Below are positions 41,836-54,700 of a stretch of DNA of 64,000 bases, piece after piece (the stretch's first letter is position 1; the number at the start of each line of letters is the position of its first letter). The position numbers and the translations under genes are program-made. Under the pieces are notes generated by a model. It saw only the letters and a program-made list of their open reading frames with translations. It searched no databases and was not told the origin of the DNA. This DNA comes from Tubiluchus corallicola (lineage: Eukaryota; Animalia; Priapulida), in NCBI GenBank assembly GCA_030141605.1, contig JAQGDQ010000223.1:132204-196203 (forward strand), in the 5' to 3' direction.

Positions 41836-44706
41836 TAGGACGCAGTGCTTTGTCATCGAACGTGTTGGTTTTCATGGGGCATCTTGTTTTCATTACACAA
41901 ATTAGGTATATAAGCAAAAATAACTGCTGGCCATGAGCATTGGTTATAAATAATAAATTTATAGACAATCAATTTATTACGATAATTAAGATGAATAATA
42001 GTGTCAAGAAATATGCTAGTATAGCATACCTCGAGTTATAGCGTTTACCCTTTTTGCCTGTATCTGCCCTAGCAAACAGGTTTATGAATGAATATGTAAG
42101 CCTGTAGGATAAGTAGTATTTGGCATCGTGCCCAATTGCCCATGATTGAGAATTTTATTCTAACTTTAATAGGCTTCCTCTAACTACTATATAATTTGTG
42201 TTCGGTTTTTGTAAAGGGTGTTAACATAGCTTTTTTTCTCGAATATTAGAATTAAAACCGCTAAAGTTTACGACTAATAGGCCATTTTATTTTGGCTTGA
42301 TTAAGAGTAATAATCTGATTCAGCCATGATGACCAACAGCTATTCATAGAAATTAGCCATGATATGACCATAGTTACTGTAACTATAATTGCAACTTTGA
42401 GTACAGCAGAGATAAACCGCAAATCTAGCTTAAAATAGCATTAATATTTTTAACAATATTATAATAACTAAGAAAAACAAAAATTACTCACATTTTGCTT
42501 ACTCAGTATAACAATTTGCCTCCAGGGTAAATCGTATTATTTCGCCATTTTGTGGTTTGCTGAATCTATCTGGTGAAGCAATGGTAAGTCCAAAGTTCAG
42601 TAACTGAAAATGAGTGTGGCTTTTTAACACCCGATGGCGCTGTGGTTGGTTTTTATTGTCTTTGCAGAGTGCAATTTGGTTTAATGAAATTGTCGACCTG
42701 TGCCTTTGACGCGTTTGTTGTTTGGGCATAATAACATATCATAAGCTCTTTATGAGAAATAGCACTTTATCGTATAAGACACCCAACAAAAATCTGCAAA
42801 AACTGACTACGTGATAAGCAAATGAGAATTTTGCCGTATTTAAAAATTTAAGAAGTTACATGATTTCTAAATTTGTCTTAACTTTGAATGAAGCAGGGAT
42901 ATTTTGAGTGTGGCAGTGAAATAATTCAGCAAGAAAGGGTTACTTTGGTTTGGTTGTCTTTGCTTTGGCTGGTTTAATTTTCATCAAGAATATAACAAGA
43001 AATGGCGTTAAGAAACGTGATGTCTATAAAAAGACTGCGCATGGCAGAACAAGAAAAAGGCAAAACACCCTCATTATCAGCTAAAAAACTTTTTATTATG
43101 AATAACTATAGAACAAGAAATGACTAAATCAGCATGAGGAAACTTGCAGTATCTAGTTGACTATAATAGTGAGTTCATTTCTAATTCTTGTAAGGCATTT
43201 GTTTATAATTACATGTAGTTATTTTCTCTATTTCGCGAAGCCACTTATTTTCTGCAATTATGATAATTTATCTCTGCATTTTTATTTTAATTGACATTGC
43301 TGTTTTTGGTCCTCAAAACGTAACATAAGTTAGTACCGCCAGGAATATATGGGGTGTCAGAAAATGACAGCCAGCCACTAACTGCTTAAAGAAAGCCAAA
43401 AGATCAGATAGAAGCTAGCAAGACCATCATAAGGAACATTTAATTTTTAATAAAAAACACTTAGTACTGCCATTAAACGCGGCGCTGGGAGCCGGAAATG
43501 AACAGAGGTACTTTTCATGTTGGTTCCTCAATGGCAATGGTGTAATTACCTAATTCCAGGTTTTTTATTAAATGACAAGTAAAGAGAGAAAAGAAATATA
43601 ATAATGACTAAATACGTTTACATTTATTATTATGTGTAGCGGAGCTATCATTTCCTGACACTTTGTAAAAATACATAATGTAAGAATGTAAGGCGTAAAA
43701 GAATTAAAAACTAATTAAACAAAAAAATAATTAAATTGATAAATCATTAAGAATATCTACTTATCGGAGTACATGTCCATTAATCGTATCATTTTGAAAG
43801 TTTCCATCATAAGAAACTCTATAACCTTTATCTAGCAATTCAGTAATCAACGTATAATCGTATAATAAAAATGTTACAAATTTCTGTTTAATTCCAAGAC
43901 ACTAATCTAATTAAAAAAACGAAGAATAAACATTGAGGTTTACCGCATTATATTATCTGCACGTAAACTTTATTACATCAATGTGAACGTGACATTAACC
44001 AGCTAATATAATGATATAGGCACGCAATATTTTTGTAAACTACAAAATGATCAACACGACTACAAAAAACAGTCAATATTTGCTCACAGTAGCCGCATAG
44101 TAACAAATTCATCTGTCAAGATTTTGCCATTATAAAACACAATTTCTTACTATGACGGGCAACCACAATTTGAAGAGTAGATGCGCTTTGCATAGCATAG
44201 GTACACTACGTGGCATGTTTGCGCATTGCACAACTTCTTACCACGCGGTCACGAGGTATGCATGTTGAATGCTTTCGATCTGCATGGTTTCGCACGTCAC
44301 ATTGTAATTATACCAAGGCCCCAACGCACCTTGTAAATAAGACAACGTGAGTTCTTAAAGTTATGTTAGATTATCATTAGATTCACATAAAGCTATTGGA
44401 AACATCAAATGATGCCTTAAAGGCCTTCATTGTTTAAAGACCTGGCGACCCATTAATGGCTATTATAAACGATTCTTGTGATGGCGCAAATGTCACTATT
44501 CGAAGTTCCTTGCACATTTAAAGCAAGGTAAAATCCTAATGGCTATCTGCTCTACAAGTAAAACTTCTTTTCTGTTGTGCCTTGATATAAACAAAAATAA
44601 ATATGTCCACGAGTTATTTACTAGTATTGGCTTTTTTCTTTTTACAGTTACGATACTGCAACTAATATTGTGTAAATAGAAAAAATGATTCAGAAAAACT
44701 GTTTTA

Positions 44707-44779
44707 TCACGTTTCTGTTTCAAACTTCTGGTCGTAGACCATCTCGTTTTCATGTGAGCAAACATTCACTTGCGGCAAT
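44707..44779 (-). CDS. Small single-pass membrane protein, terminal exon
   Basis: Acceptor TTTTTCAG|, phase 2 compatible, reads (K)LPQVNVCSHENEMVYDQKFETET*. Confidence 0.55.
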
Positions 44780-45127
44780 CTGAAAAATACAACACAATTT
44801 GTAACCAGTTGTGTTTTTTTCGCTATCAAACGTATTTTGATGTAGCTCAAAATTTTGTCAGCACCATCATTTTCAGTCGTCGTCGTCATCAACATTATCA
44901 TCGTAGTAATCGTTGTCATAATCGCGATCATTATCATCACCATCATCGTCATCAGTGTGGTCGTCGTTGTCCTCAATCTTATAAATTATAGACCTAGTAA
45001 TCTAATCGATATTGATGTTATTATAAGCCTATAACTGGGTCATCAAAGAACGACAATCTCGCCTCAAAATCGAAGCACAGAACAAATTTTAGTTCAAAAC
45101 CGTACAATTTCGTCAAAAAATACTTAC

Positions 45128-45301
45128 TTTATCCACAAAACTATGGCCAGCAAAAATAATACTAGTGTCTGTGCTATTGCCACGCCAATGAAAAAACCCA
45201 TGAACATGCGAAATGACCATTCCAGAGATCTAATAGCGCAGAAATCGTCATCCCTATTACAGGTCATCGCACTGAACTTAGACTCATCTGACTGCGTTTC
45301 C
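45128..45301 (-). CDS. Small single-pass membrane protein, TM exon
   Basis: Acceptor TTAATTTCAG| and donor AA|GTAAGT; the only open frame gives ETQSDESKFSAMTCNRDDDFCAIRSLEWSFRMFMGFFIGVAIAQTLVLFLLAIVLWI with a clear hydrophobic helix. Confidence 0.7.
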
Positions 45302-45920
45302 CTGAAATTAATTAAAAAAATGTCACTTTTTGCTGGAGCGCGGTTTAAAGATTAAAATGATTTTAGTTAGTATTCGACTATATAAAAATTCTGTATCAAT
45401 CCTATATGTTTTCGTTCACTTCAGAGTAGAAAAAAGGACATAAGCCTGTTACTTCTGTAAACAATAACAAGTCCGTCCCTCAAGCGTTACGTTATTTGCT
45501 ACTTTGATTTATTTGATATAAAACAGTGTTTGTTACTAGTTATACCTGTAATTCATTTATATGTCTCCAATCGTTCCTTAGCTACATTACTTGACAATTT
45601 TCACCAAAACTTTGGATGACGTTAGATATGTATTATATAAGCTTTTGTTTTTGTTTTGAACTACTTCGTTACAGCATTACAGCAGGCAATTTCACACTTA
45701 TTTGATTTAATAGAAAATTGTAGGCTTTACGTGTCTTTAATTTGCTTACCATCAAAAAAATGTCATCTAAGCAACTGCAGGTGTAGTTGCTAAAGTATAG
45801 ACTGAAACATATGTTAAAATTTGATAAATATCAAATGACAAGTTAAAGAAACTATTGTTGTTACACATTAATACTACTTAATGTTTAGCAAACAATTTAC
45901 ACTATTAGAACTGAACTTAC

Positions 45921-45928
45921 CAGGACAT
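45921..45928 (-). CDS. Small single-pass membrane protein, putative first coding segment (ATG TCC TG)
   Basis: AAAATGTCCTG|GTAAGT: ATG with A at -3, an in-frame upstream stop, and a phase-2 donor compatible with the TM exon. Confidence 0.45.
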
Positions 45929-47384
45929 TTTGTTGATGGCTTAGTTAATCTCCACTCAACAGTAAACAATACCAACGTTTTCAACGGAGCTGCTTTCTTC
46001 TTCAGATATTTGCATTACAGCCAACGTCAGGTGCAAAGTTCATCATGTTTGCAACGAGTGTCACTTGCGCAGCCAAAAGTAGCGTCAAGTAGGACAAAAT
46101 AATAAAACTGTAATCGACTTAGAAAAGACATGTTGCAATTAGTGTTCATAGTTATACTTTTGATGGTCAGACCATTGGTAACACTGCCAAAGTTATTTAT
46201 TTATTTATTAGTTATCTATCTGTACGCTTTCTGCATTAAAATAAGCAAATAAAAATATATAAAACTAAAAAACATTACTAACATTAGTCTAGAAAGACAA
46301 ATAGAGTTATATATTTAATTAAGAACCGATTCTTAGCAAAAGAGAAAAATATTTCACTTTCTAGAAAAAAGAGAAATATCAAACAATTGCATTAAAGGAG
46401 AAATAAAAATGTAAAATTAATCGCTCTGATATAAAACTCTTGGGTGCATTGGCTTAATCAAAGTAATCGATTCTCGTCGGCCATTACTTATACCGCTCAA
46501 AAATTTGGAAAAATTTTAATTTTGGCTGATTTTTTTGCTCTACTGTCAGTTATTGAGTCATAACTATAGCTAGCTAAATTATACGTATTCTTCGAAATAA
46601 AATGTTTCACAATACGTTGAACTACGTTATTCCCCTATCATAGTAGCCTTGTAAAATTAATTGTTCTCTGTTCCAATTATAGGCTACATGAAACAAGAAA
46701 TCATTAGCTAAAAGCAATTAAACCAATAAGCTTTTGCAAAACGGCCTCTCCGTTTTAAAATATAATTCAAAGTGATTTATTCGTACACAGTAGCGTGAAT
46801 AGTATATCATCTCGCCAATTGACATTTTCCGTTACAACTTCTCGGCTCGGCTCTCATAGCGAAGCTTAATTGTTTAAAGTGCTACAGTTGGTTTTGTCTG
46901 AGAAAAGATTTTAATAAAAAATAATCTCTTTTTATGACACGCACCTGGATAAACAAGCACTGCCTTTGCTAATTTTATGATAGTATATGCAAGCAAAACA
47001 AAATTATACTGGTAGTTTTATTGGAAGCTAAGAGAAAAAAGTTTATTAGAGAAAATGGAGCTATACACCTGTCTCTGAGGCGGAATAAATTGTCTACCTG
47101 CATGGAAAATAATGGCGCTTTTCTAGATCAAAGCTGTTCTATCGCATTTCTAAAACCTACCACCCTCAAAATGTATTAATAATTTTAAGTCAGCTAACGG
47201 GTCACTCACAAGTTTTCTGCATCACTGCCAAACCGTTCAGTCCGGCATGGCTGGACAACAGCGCTTGATCCTGCATATAAGCTGAGACGATGTAAGTTCA
47301 ACGTTATTAATCTAGCAGACGCTATGGCCAACATATGTAAAGATGTGAGTTTTTTAACTGATATTGTTTTTTGTTATGTATCTA

Positions 47385-48100
47385 ATCAAATCAAATCAAT
47401 TTATTTCACTCCAGCAATATTTATATATATATATGTATACAGTACATATGATTAGAAAAAAAACAGTATAGGTAAAAAAACATTGTTGAGGTCAAATTAA
47501 CAAAATAAGAGTTGGATAAAATATTCATTTACGCAAGTAACCCAGTAACCCACTGAATCTATTGTATTACAATAATTCTAAATAAATCATATATATGTAT
47601 GCATAATATATACGGACAAGCAAAGCACCAAATTGTCACTTGGTTCCTCATGTAATTACCTCTAATTTTCAATAATCTTTTTAGATAATGAGGAACTTTC
47701 GAAACACTACTTTAATTTAAATTTTTGTAACAAAACGTGCAGGAAATATTTTAATACTCAATCCATTTGGCTTCAGAATATATGCTGCAAAATAGCCAGC
47801 AATTTGGCTTACTAGTCACTTGTCAAGCCTTATTCCAAAATTCGCACCCTAATGATTCCAGCTTCTGTATCTCCCAGTCTGCGGTAGATTAAATTAAAAG
47901 TGCTCATGAAATAATTTACTGATTAAACAACAAACTTTCAATAGTTTTACATGGTACAATAATGCATTACCAAAAACGTTTTAACAACTTTCATTAGCTT
48001 GAAAGAACATGAGTATGAAGATTTAAAAATGTTCTAAAATTTATTACTAATTAACAATTATAATTAATAATTATAGTTAATAATATTGGTTGCAAATCTG
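47385..48100 (-). mobile_element. Degenerate LINE 3' remnant with (ATTTG)n tail
   Basis: AATAAA plus (ATTTG)n tail at 47385-47406 on the minus strand; upstream FNLPQTGRYRSWNH*GANF resembles 'FxLP..RT....SIxxxGAKxWN'. Confidence 0.35.
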
Positions 48101-48655
48101 ATAAAAAAGCAAATACTCATACAGTGAGAAAACCAGTTGTCACTGATAAATAATCATTACTTCAACTTGCTTGGCGACTGGACTCAGTAATTACGGTAGT
48201 AGTGGTTGGGTCGTCTCAGCAGTCGTCCGTCCGGTAAATTCGCATTCTTCTAGTACTTTCTTGTCTTTTTTGCGTTATAAAATTACTATTGCTTAACCGT
48301 CACCTACCCCATTATTCATAGCGCATTCTGGAAAGCAGAATGGTGGTTAATTTTCTTTTATTAAAATGTGGGTTTAATTGTTTGGATCGAAGTGGGTAGA
48401 CATTTCAGACACTTCAACCAGCTCTAGTAAGTTGCCGAATAATTTTCTAACAGAGTACTGTTTTGCGTTTCGTGCCTTCTATTGAATTTGAGGTCTCTAA
48501 TTGGAGCTTTTAACCCTTTCATCCAGTAAAAAAAACAGTTGTTCTTATTATACAAAATGGCTAGCAACACTTTACTTATAGTGCGATTAAACAATGTCTA
48601 ATCCTGAAATACCATTCAGCTTCCAAAGCAGGTTTGGGCAGCGAGCTTGTGCCAC

Positions 48656-49966
48656 CTAAAATCTCGTTACCTCATAGTAATTTTCAGTTATATCCGTAAT
48701 CGAATTGTTTGAATTGACAGGCGTTTGTGTTTTATATAAATGACGTGGTGTTGCAGCTGCAATAGAAGCTCCATATTTTGCAATTTTTTGTCCAGTCGAG
48801 TAAGAGGTCAAAGTCGTAGCTGACGTTTGTCCACTAGTGCTGGTCCTCGATGATTTCCGGGTAGAGAAAGTCTCTCGCATGGCCTTCCTAAACTGCCTGC
48901 TGCAGCTGCTGTACAGGACAAAACTAAACGCCGAATGAAGGATGCTGAATATCACAATAACAGCGGCTATCTCATTTCTGACGGCTCTGTTTCGGTTTAA
49001 ATCTTCACCACCAGAAGTTAACTTTTGTACAGGTATGTAAATGGCAAGAGGCATCTCCGTGAAGAAAAAGACAAGGGTAATCGCCACTATCACCATGCTT
49101 ATCCTTTGCTCGTCATTTGAAGACTGTGCGCATGTCAGGTTAAGTCGTTGTTTCTTAGCGTGCCAAAGATGGCGCACCAGTACAATGTTTCCAGCAGCAA
49201 TCAGCAAAAATGGCAAAAAGATATACACCGTGGACTGGGTTCCGAAATAGTAAAACCAAAAAACTGGTTTTGAACCAAATGGTGAGTAGTGCACTGCTCC
49301 GTAAGTAACCCCCTCATACTCACAAGGTTTCACTTCCAGTTCTGCTGCCTCTAGAATGGAACCAACAAAGCAGAAGATATAAATGACAACAACACTCACT
49401 TTTGCTCTCTTGGTTGACATCACAGAAGCAAACTTCATTGGCTTCCACACAGCAAACGAACGCAACAGCGTCAAAACTGCAATGATATAGTTGCACGCGC
49501 TCTTGAAAATACCGAAGAGAACGTAAATGATAAGCAAACAGTAAGCCAGTTCCAATGAGTAGTACATTAATATATTGTTCGTCGAAAAACCTTGTACGGC
49601 GACTGGAACAACACATAATAAAATCAGAATATCAGACACTGAATGAGCTCGAAGGTAAATGTGAGCACCACTGGCGAAGTGCAGCGCAGGATGCTGTAGA
49701 GCGATAAGATTTAACACATTACCGACAACACCAACTACCAATAGTGATAATAAAAAACTGGTATAAACAGTCAGTCCTGGCCCGTAGCCAAGACCTTCCT
49801 TGGGAACGCAAATGTCGGCGCTGGCGTTCTCGCATATGAATGTTTTTATCCACACAGTGCAGTTGACGGTTTGACCAGTAACACTGGACATCATTCCGTG
49901 ACTGAACTGCCCAAATATGGAAGCGTGGACGTTAAAATTTTTGGAGTCGTTTAGTACTAATGGCAT
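48656..49966 (-). CDS. Rhodopsin-family GPCR (FMRFamide/sex-peptide-receptor-like or chemoreceptor-like), paralog 1
   Basis: Uninterrupted ORF with 7 hydrophobic segments; GVVGN (TM1), YLRAHSVSD (TM2), LRSFAVWKP (TM3 end), FFFTEMP (TM6), HSAFSFVLYSSCSRQFR (TM7/H8). First ATG is at 49966 (the track's start at 49975 is GTG). Confidence 0.92.
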   Translation of the reverse strand: MPLVLNDSKNFNVHASIFGQFSHGMMSSVTGQTVNCTVWIKTFICENASADICVPKEGLGYGPGLTVYTSFLLSLLVVGVVGNVLNLIALQHPALHFASGAHIYLRAHSVSDILILLCVVPVAVQGFSTNNILMYYSLELAYCLLIIYVLFGIFKSACNYIIAVLTLLRSFAVWKPMKFASVMSTKRAKVSVVVIYIFCFVGSILEAAELEVKPCEYEGVTYGAVHYSPFGSKPVFWFYYFGTQSTVYIFLPFLLIAAGNIVLVRHLWHAKKQRLNLTCAQSSNDEQRISMVIVAITLVFFFTEMPLAIYIPVQKLTSGGEDLNRNRAVRNEIAAVIVIFSILHSAFSFVLYSSCSRQFRKAMRETFSTRKSSRTSTSGQTSATTLTSYSTGQKIAKYGASIAAATPRHLYKTQTPVNSNNSITDITENYYEVTRF

Positions 49967-50341
49967 TGTATTCACTTCCGTGCCGTTAACACTAACAGGA
50001 TAGTAAAAAGCCGTGGTAGATAGTATTCAATCGATGACGTCACGTCAAATGGATATACGCGCATTTATTAATGTCACAGTGTGGTCAGATGTCTGGAGTG
50101 AACGCCGTTAATTATTGTGTGAATGTGACATCCCGAGAAACGACAAATTAATAAACGTCGGCGCAAGATGTCAGCGAATCGACACTGATTACCTGCATCT
50201 TGACATATTCGCTTCATCCAAAAGAGGTTATTGGCATACTAACTGGCTTCTCATTACATCACTAATTTTCTGCTTTACATAAGCGCACGTATATTATTCA
50301 GGGATTTATTGTAGTAATAATTTTACCACAAATGCAAATAC

Positions 50342-51709
50342 TTACATTCTAGTAATTTGAAAATCATTTGTTGGGTTTTGTTTTAAAAATCCATCCCTCG
50401 TTATAGCGCTATTATCTGACTCAGCAGTATGTTTAATGCGCACAATCCTCGGCGAAGCACTACGATTTTTGGTGCCATTCTGTTCAAACGACAAATTCGT
50501 TGTACCTGTAGTTCGACTTCCGCTCAGGCTAGTTTGAGACCGCCTGCTGAACCTCTCTCTAAGGGCGTCCCTGAATTGATGACTGCAGCTGCTGTAAAGT
50601 ACAAAACTAAACGCCGAGTGACAACAGCTTATGAAGCCAACAGCAGCCGACACTCTGTTATGAAACAATTTGTTCCTGTTCAGATCCTCAATTTTAAAAG
50701 CCAGTGTGCGAGCGGAAACGTACAAGACCATGGGGACTTCGGTAAGAAAAAACACCAGTATCAGCACGACCATCAGCAGGGTAATCTTAGTTTCATTTTT
50801 GTCCAAATCGGTGCATTTCATCAGCTTGCGTCGATTTCTAGCCTGCCACAAATACTTTATTAAAACAACATTACTGATTGCAATAGCCAAGAATGGAATG
50901 AAACCGAAAACCGCTTGATTCAGAATATAATAAAGGACGGAAAAGTATCTTGAGGTGCCTACCATAGTGTAATACACCGCTCCGTATGACCGTCCATTGT
51001 ACGGACATTCTTGGATGGCTAATTCGAATATTCTGACAAAGTTGCCGAAAAAGGTGAATGAGTAAAGGGCCACGATTGATCTCTTAGCCTTGTCCACAGT
51101 CATGAAAGAGGAGAACTGTATGGGTCTCCAAACAGCGAGGGACCTCATTACGGACAGCGTAGCGATAATGCAATTTGATGCCTGTTTGACAATGGCAATA
51201 AAAACATAAGTGAACACAAGTACTCTAGACATCGCCAAAGAATAAAATACAGTAAGATCATTGATAGTGAGCGCTTGCACAATGCACGGAAGAATAGATA
51301 TTACTACAAAAATATCAGTAACTACGAGGGATTGCAGATAAATGTGAGAGCCAGTGTGGGAGTGCATCAGCGGGTGGTGTAATGCGAGGTAACATATGAC
51401 GTTACCACAGCAGCCAATGATGACTATTATAATCATCAAGGTAACGTAAACTAACAGACCACTAGGATAACCCAGTCCTTCTCGCTTTACGCACGTCCAG
51501 TTGTCTTCTGAGTAGTAAGAGGTGTTTTCGCAAAGAAAATGCATTATCCACTCGCTGCAGTTAACCTGCTGTGCCTCTGATTCATCCCTGGCATACTCAA
51601 AACTAACAAAAGTAAAATGTTCCACTTCCATCTTTCCTGATTTGTTTGTCACCGGCATTACAAACTGCAAAGCGTTTAGCACGTCATCAACTTCTGACAG
51701 AATTTCCAT
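50342..51709 (-). CDS. Rhodopsin-family GPCR, paralog 2
   Basis: 455-aa ORF colinear with paralog 1: GCCGN, YLQSLVVTD, MRSLAVWRP, FFLTEVP, HSAFSFVLYSSCSHQFR; AATAAA ~30 nt after the stop. Confidence 0.93.
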   Translation of the reverse strand: MEILSEVDDVLNALQFVMPVTNKSGKMEVEHFTFVSFEYARDESEAQQVNCSEWIMHFLCENTSYYSEDNWTCVKREGLGYPSGLLVYVTLMIIIVIIGCCGNVICYLALHHPLMHSHTGSHIYLQSLVVTDIFVVISILPCIVQALTINDLTVFYSLAMSRVLVFTYVFIAIVKQASNCIIATLSVMRSLAVWRPIQFSSFMTVDKAKRSIVALYSFTFFGNFVRIFELAIQECPYNGRSYGAVYYTMVGTSRYFSVLYYILNQAVFGFIPFLAIAISNVVLIKYLWQARNRRKLMKCTDLDKNETKITLLMVVLILVFFLTEVPMVLYVSARTLAFKIEDLNRNKLFHNRVSAAVGFISCCHSAFSFVLYSSCSHQFRDALRERFSRRSQTSLSGSRTTGTTNLSFEQNGTKNRSASPRIVRIKHTAESDNSAITRDGFLKQNPTNDFQITRM

Positions 51710-54700
51710 TAACTAAATAGAAATATATCAACTGCTGCGTTGCTGGTATGTCAGCAATTACTGACATTCCCACTCGAGGTGTATGTCAGTTTTTAAGAGG
51801 CAACTGTTACATCTGATTCGTCAAACACAGATGCGTACTACATCACTGATTCACAAGTTTTGAAGATTGGCAGAAACACAAATTTTCGCAGGTTCAAAAA
51901 GCAAGCAAGTTCTGGGCTGACTAGTCAATGAGCACATGCGCCTCCTTTAGTAGAGAGACACGGTTGACAGATTGCACGCATGTTTACGATTCTTTGAATG
52001 AAGGAAGCCAGATTCTCCAAAAAGCATTTGCCCTCCATTTGGAATTGTTGAGTCCTACGAAAATTCAACACTGGGACACGAAATTCGGTAAATAAATAAA
52101 CTAGCAACAGCATCCCCCATGCGCTGGTTAAGAACTTGAATATTCAGAGAAGCAGTTGAAGTGATTAGCCTGAGAGTTCACTTAATCCTATAATTTGAGC
52201 CAGGAGGTACAAATCTTCCTTTCTGTTTAGCTTCCGCCGACAAGAAACCCAGCGGAAAGTAAGCTTTGATTTTACAGCGATGGGCATCTGCGAGAAATTA
52301 ACCTCCTGTACTCAGGCGCTTACCTATGGCTGGGATACAGCTAAGCATATATACGTTTTATTACTCGTGTTTATTTATTTATATTCACGTGTTTATGGCA
52401 TTTGATTCACGTGCCAGAGATAGAAATAGGGACATTCGTTTTTTAGAATGACATCAGGGCAAAAGATAGAAAACAGGGGGCGCATCAAGACATCAGAGTC
52501 TAGACTGATAGTTCAGTCTCTATTATGGATTTACGATCAGTTATACATGAAACACAATGCATAACTTCAGAGCTTTTTGTTACAAGGTACTAATATGCGC
52601 TTTATGAAAGGATACGCATTTTCCGCGGAAAATAAAGATTTTTTTAATACTGGGTCCCCAATCTCAAAAGTTGGTGTCCTAAGCTATAGTAATATAGCCT
52701 AGTAAGCCCATTGGTGAATACGTACCATCTTGGTAGAAACAGCTGATAGTGTCATTCACTTAAGACAATTATATAGTAACGAGTAGGTGAAACAAAGCAT
52801 TTTGCTATGAACAGGCGTAAAGGAAATGCCAAGCTTCCTAGGAGGTTAGCTTAAGCGTCTCGCGTAATTAGTACAATTACTTTAAAGTCGCGATGACTTC
52901 ATGGTTGGGCGTTCCATTCTCGATGCCCGTTCTACTTCCAGTGACGTCATTCGTGTTAAAAAAAAGCAGCACACTGTCAGTTTTCACCAAAAGTATAATA
53001 AGTTTTTACAAAAAGTAGAAAGTTGCAGAAATTTGAATTAGTTTAAGCAACGCGCGCTTATGGAAAGCTATGACGCGATTACGAAAATTAATGAGTCAGT
53101 GGAAGTATTTAAACTTATGCTTTATGAGTAGTTATTTGCAAATTTGTTTGTTATATATTTCAAAGTTTACGTGACAACAGTAAAATAAACCCAACAGACT
53201 AAGCAACTTGTTCTTCCCTGTTCCCGAATTAAATAATTAGAAAAGCGCTCTCATTACGGAACAATCTCATCATATAGTTTTAACATTTGTTTGTCATAGT
53301 CGCAGTGAATATTTCTTGTGACGCAATTATATGCAATGCATGTTATATTTGTGAAAATTATGCTCGTAAAGTTGTCCCACTGAATCTGTTTTTTTTTTAT
53401 TATAAACCATGCAAGCCCTATAATTTCGGGCTGAAGCTCGTTGTTATGTCGTTGGTATTATACATAGTTTCTCAACAAATGCGATAACAAAAATACATGT
53501 GTTTCCGTTAAAATGAAATGTGCATATAGAAAAGCCAAAGTAGGTTATAATTAAAATTACCAAATTAAATGGCCTTCATGTAAAAAAAGATGTTGGCATA
53601 CTAATGAACTAGTGCTTGCTTTAAACAAAACATACTGTAATAATGGTGGTAAATAATTCTTGTGCTGCCCTCTGCTGTTAAAAGTAATAGTTGTCATAAC
53701 AAATTGCATGTACTTATCTCTTTTAATCTCTTTTGTGTTACTATATATATCACCTTTATTTATTTTAAGTGGATAGACAATTTTATGTTACTAGAATAGT
53801 AAACGAGCACAATAGGCCTATTATAGAAATTATCACAAATTTTATTTTTCATATTTTATGTACACCACGTAATTAATTACGCTTATTATAAGGTTTTTCA
53901 CTCATCTAAAGACACTATAGTCAATAATATAAACCATAGTGACTAAGTCAGGCAGATTATTAACAAAGGATTTCTTATCTACATAATGTAATTAATTATT
54001 AGTAATTAATAATTGCTTATTATAAGGCTTCTCGCTCGTCTAAAGAGACTGTAGCCACTGATAAAGAACTAAAGTCAAACAGAGGTTTTCCATTCCATTT
54101 TAAGGAACATTAATAATTATAACCAATGTCAAGATTATCATTAGTGATGATAGAAAGACAATTCCTGTCTTTCGAGTTTGGTTTCAAACTGCAGGTGGCA
54201 GCACAAGGCTGAAAGTCAAAAACCTCAAGACGTTAAATCAATGCTTCTAATTAGTGTATAAACGAATCTGAACTTTGCTCGTGTTTGTGTGTGAAGTTAT
54301 CTTAAACAGGAAGACAGCGTAGATATATATATGCTCATAGATGTGGAATGTTAAGCTGTATTAATATGCAATTTCGGTGGTCAAGAAGATCATCGCAAGT
54401 ACAAAAATGTTAAAACTTTCCAGTCGTCAAATCGATCTTTTTACTCGACATTACTTAGCCCCCACACAGTTTTTCAAATCGAATAATTACCCAAAAGTAG
54501 AATTTACCGGATCATATATGACGGTTTCTGTATTTGTTTACAATGTGACGTAAAGGATGGGCATCGAAATTCTGGCTACTGAGCAGCCATGTGATAATAT
54601 TGATTGATTATATAGGCCTAATGTGGCATCTGTATTTTTAATCTAACATCACTTGTTTATGCAATGTAAGGAAGATGCCCTAGCATTTACTATAAATATG

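Noticed and set aside
49041-51716. Plus-strand ORFs overlapping the GPCRs
   Set aside because: Antisense shadows of the real coding sequences.
53870-54090. Imperfect direct repeat (GCTTATTATAAGG...TCTAAAGA), and similar short duplications at 23690-23755 and 39730-40040
   Set aside because: Ordinary local duplications with no further structure.
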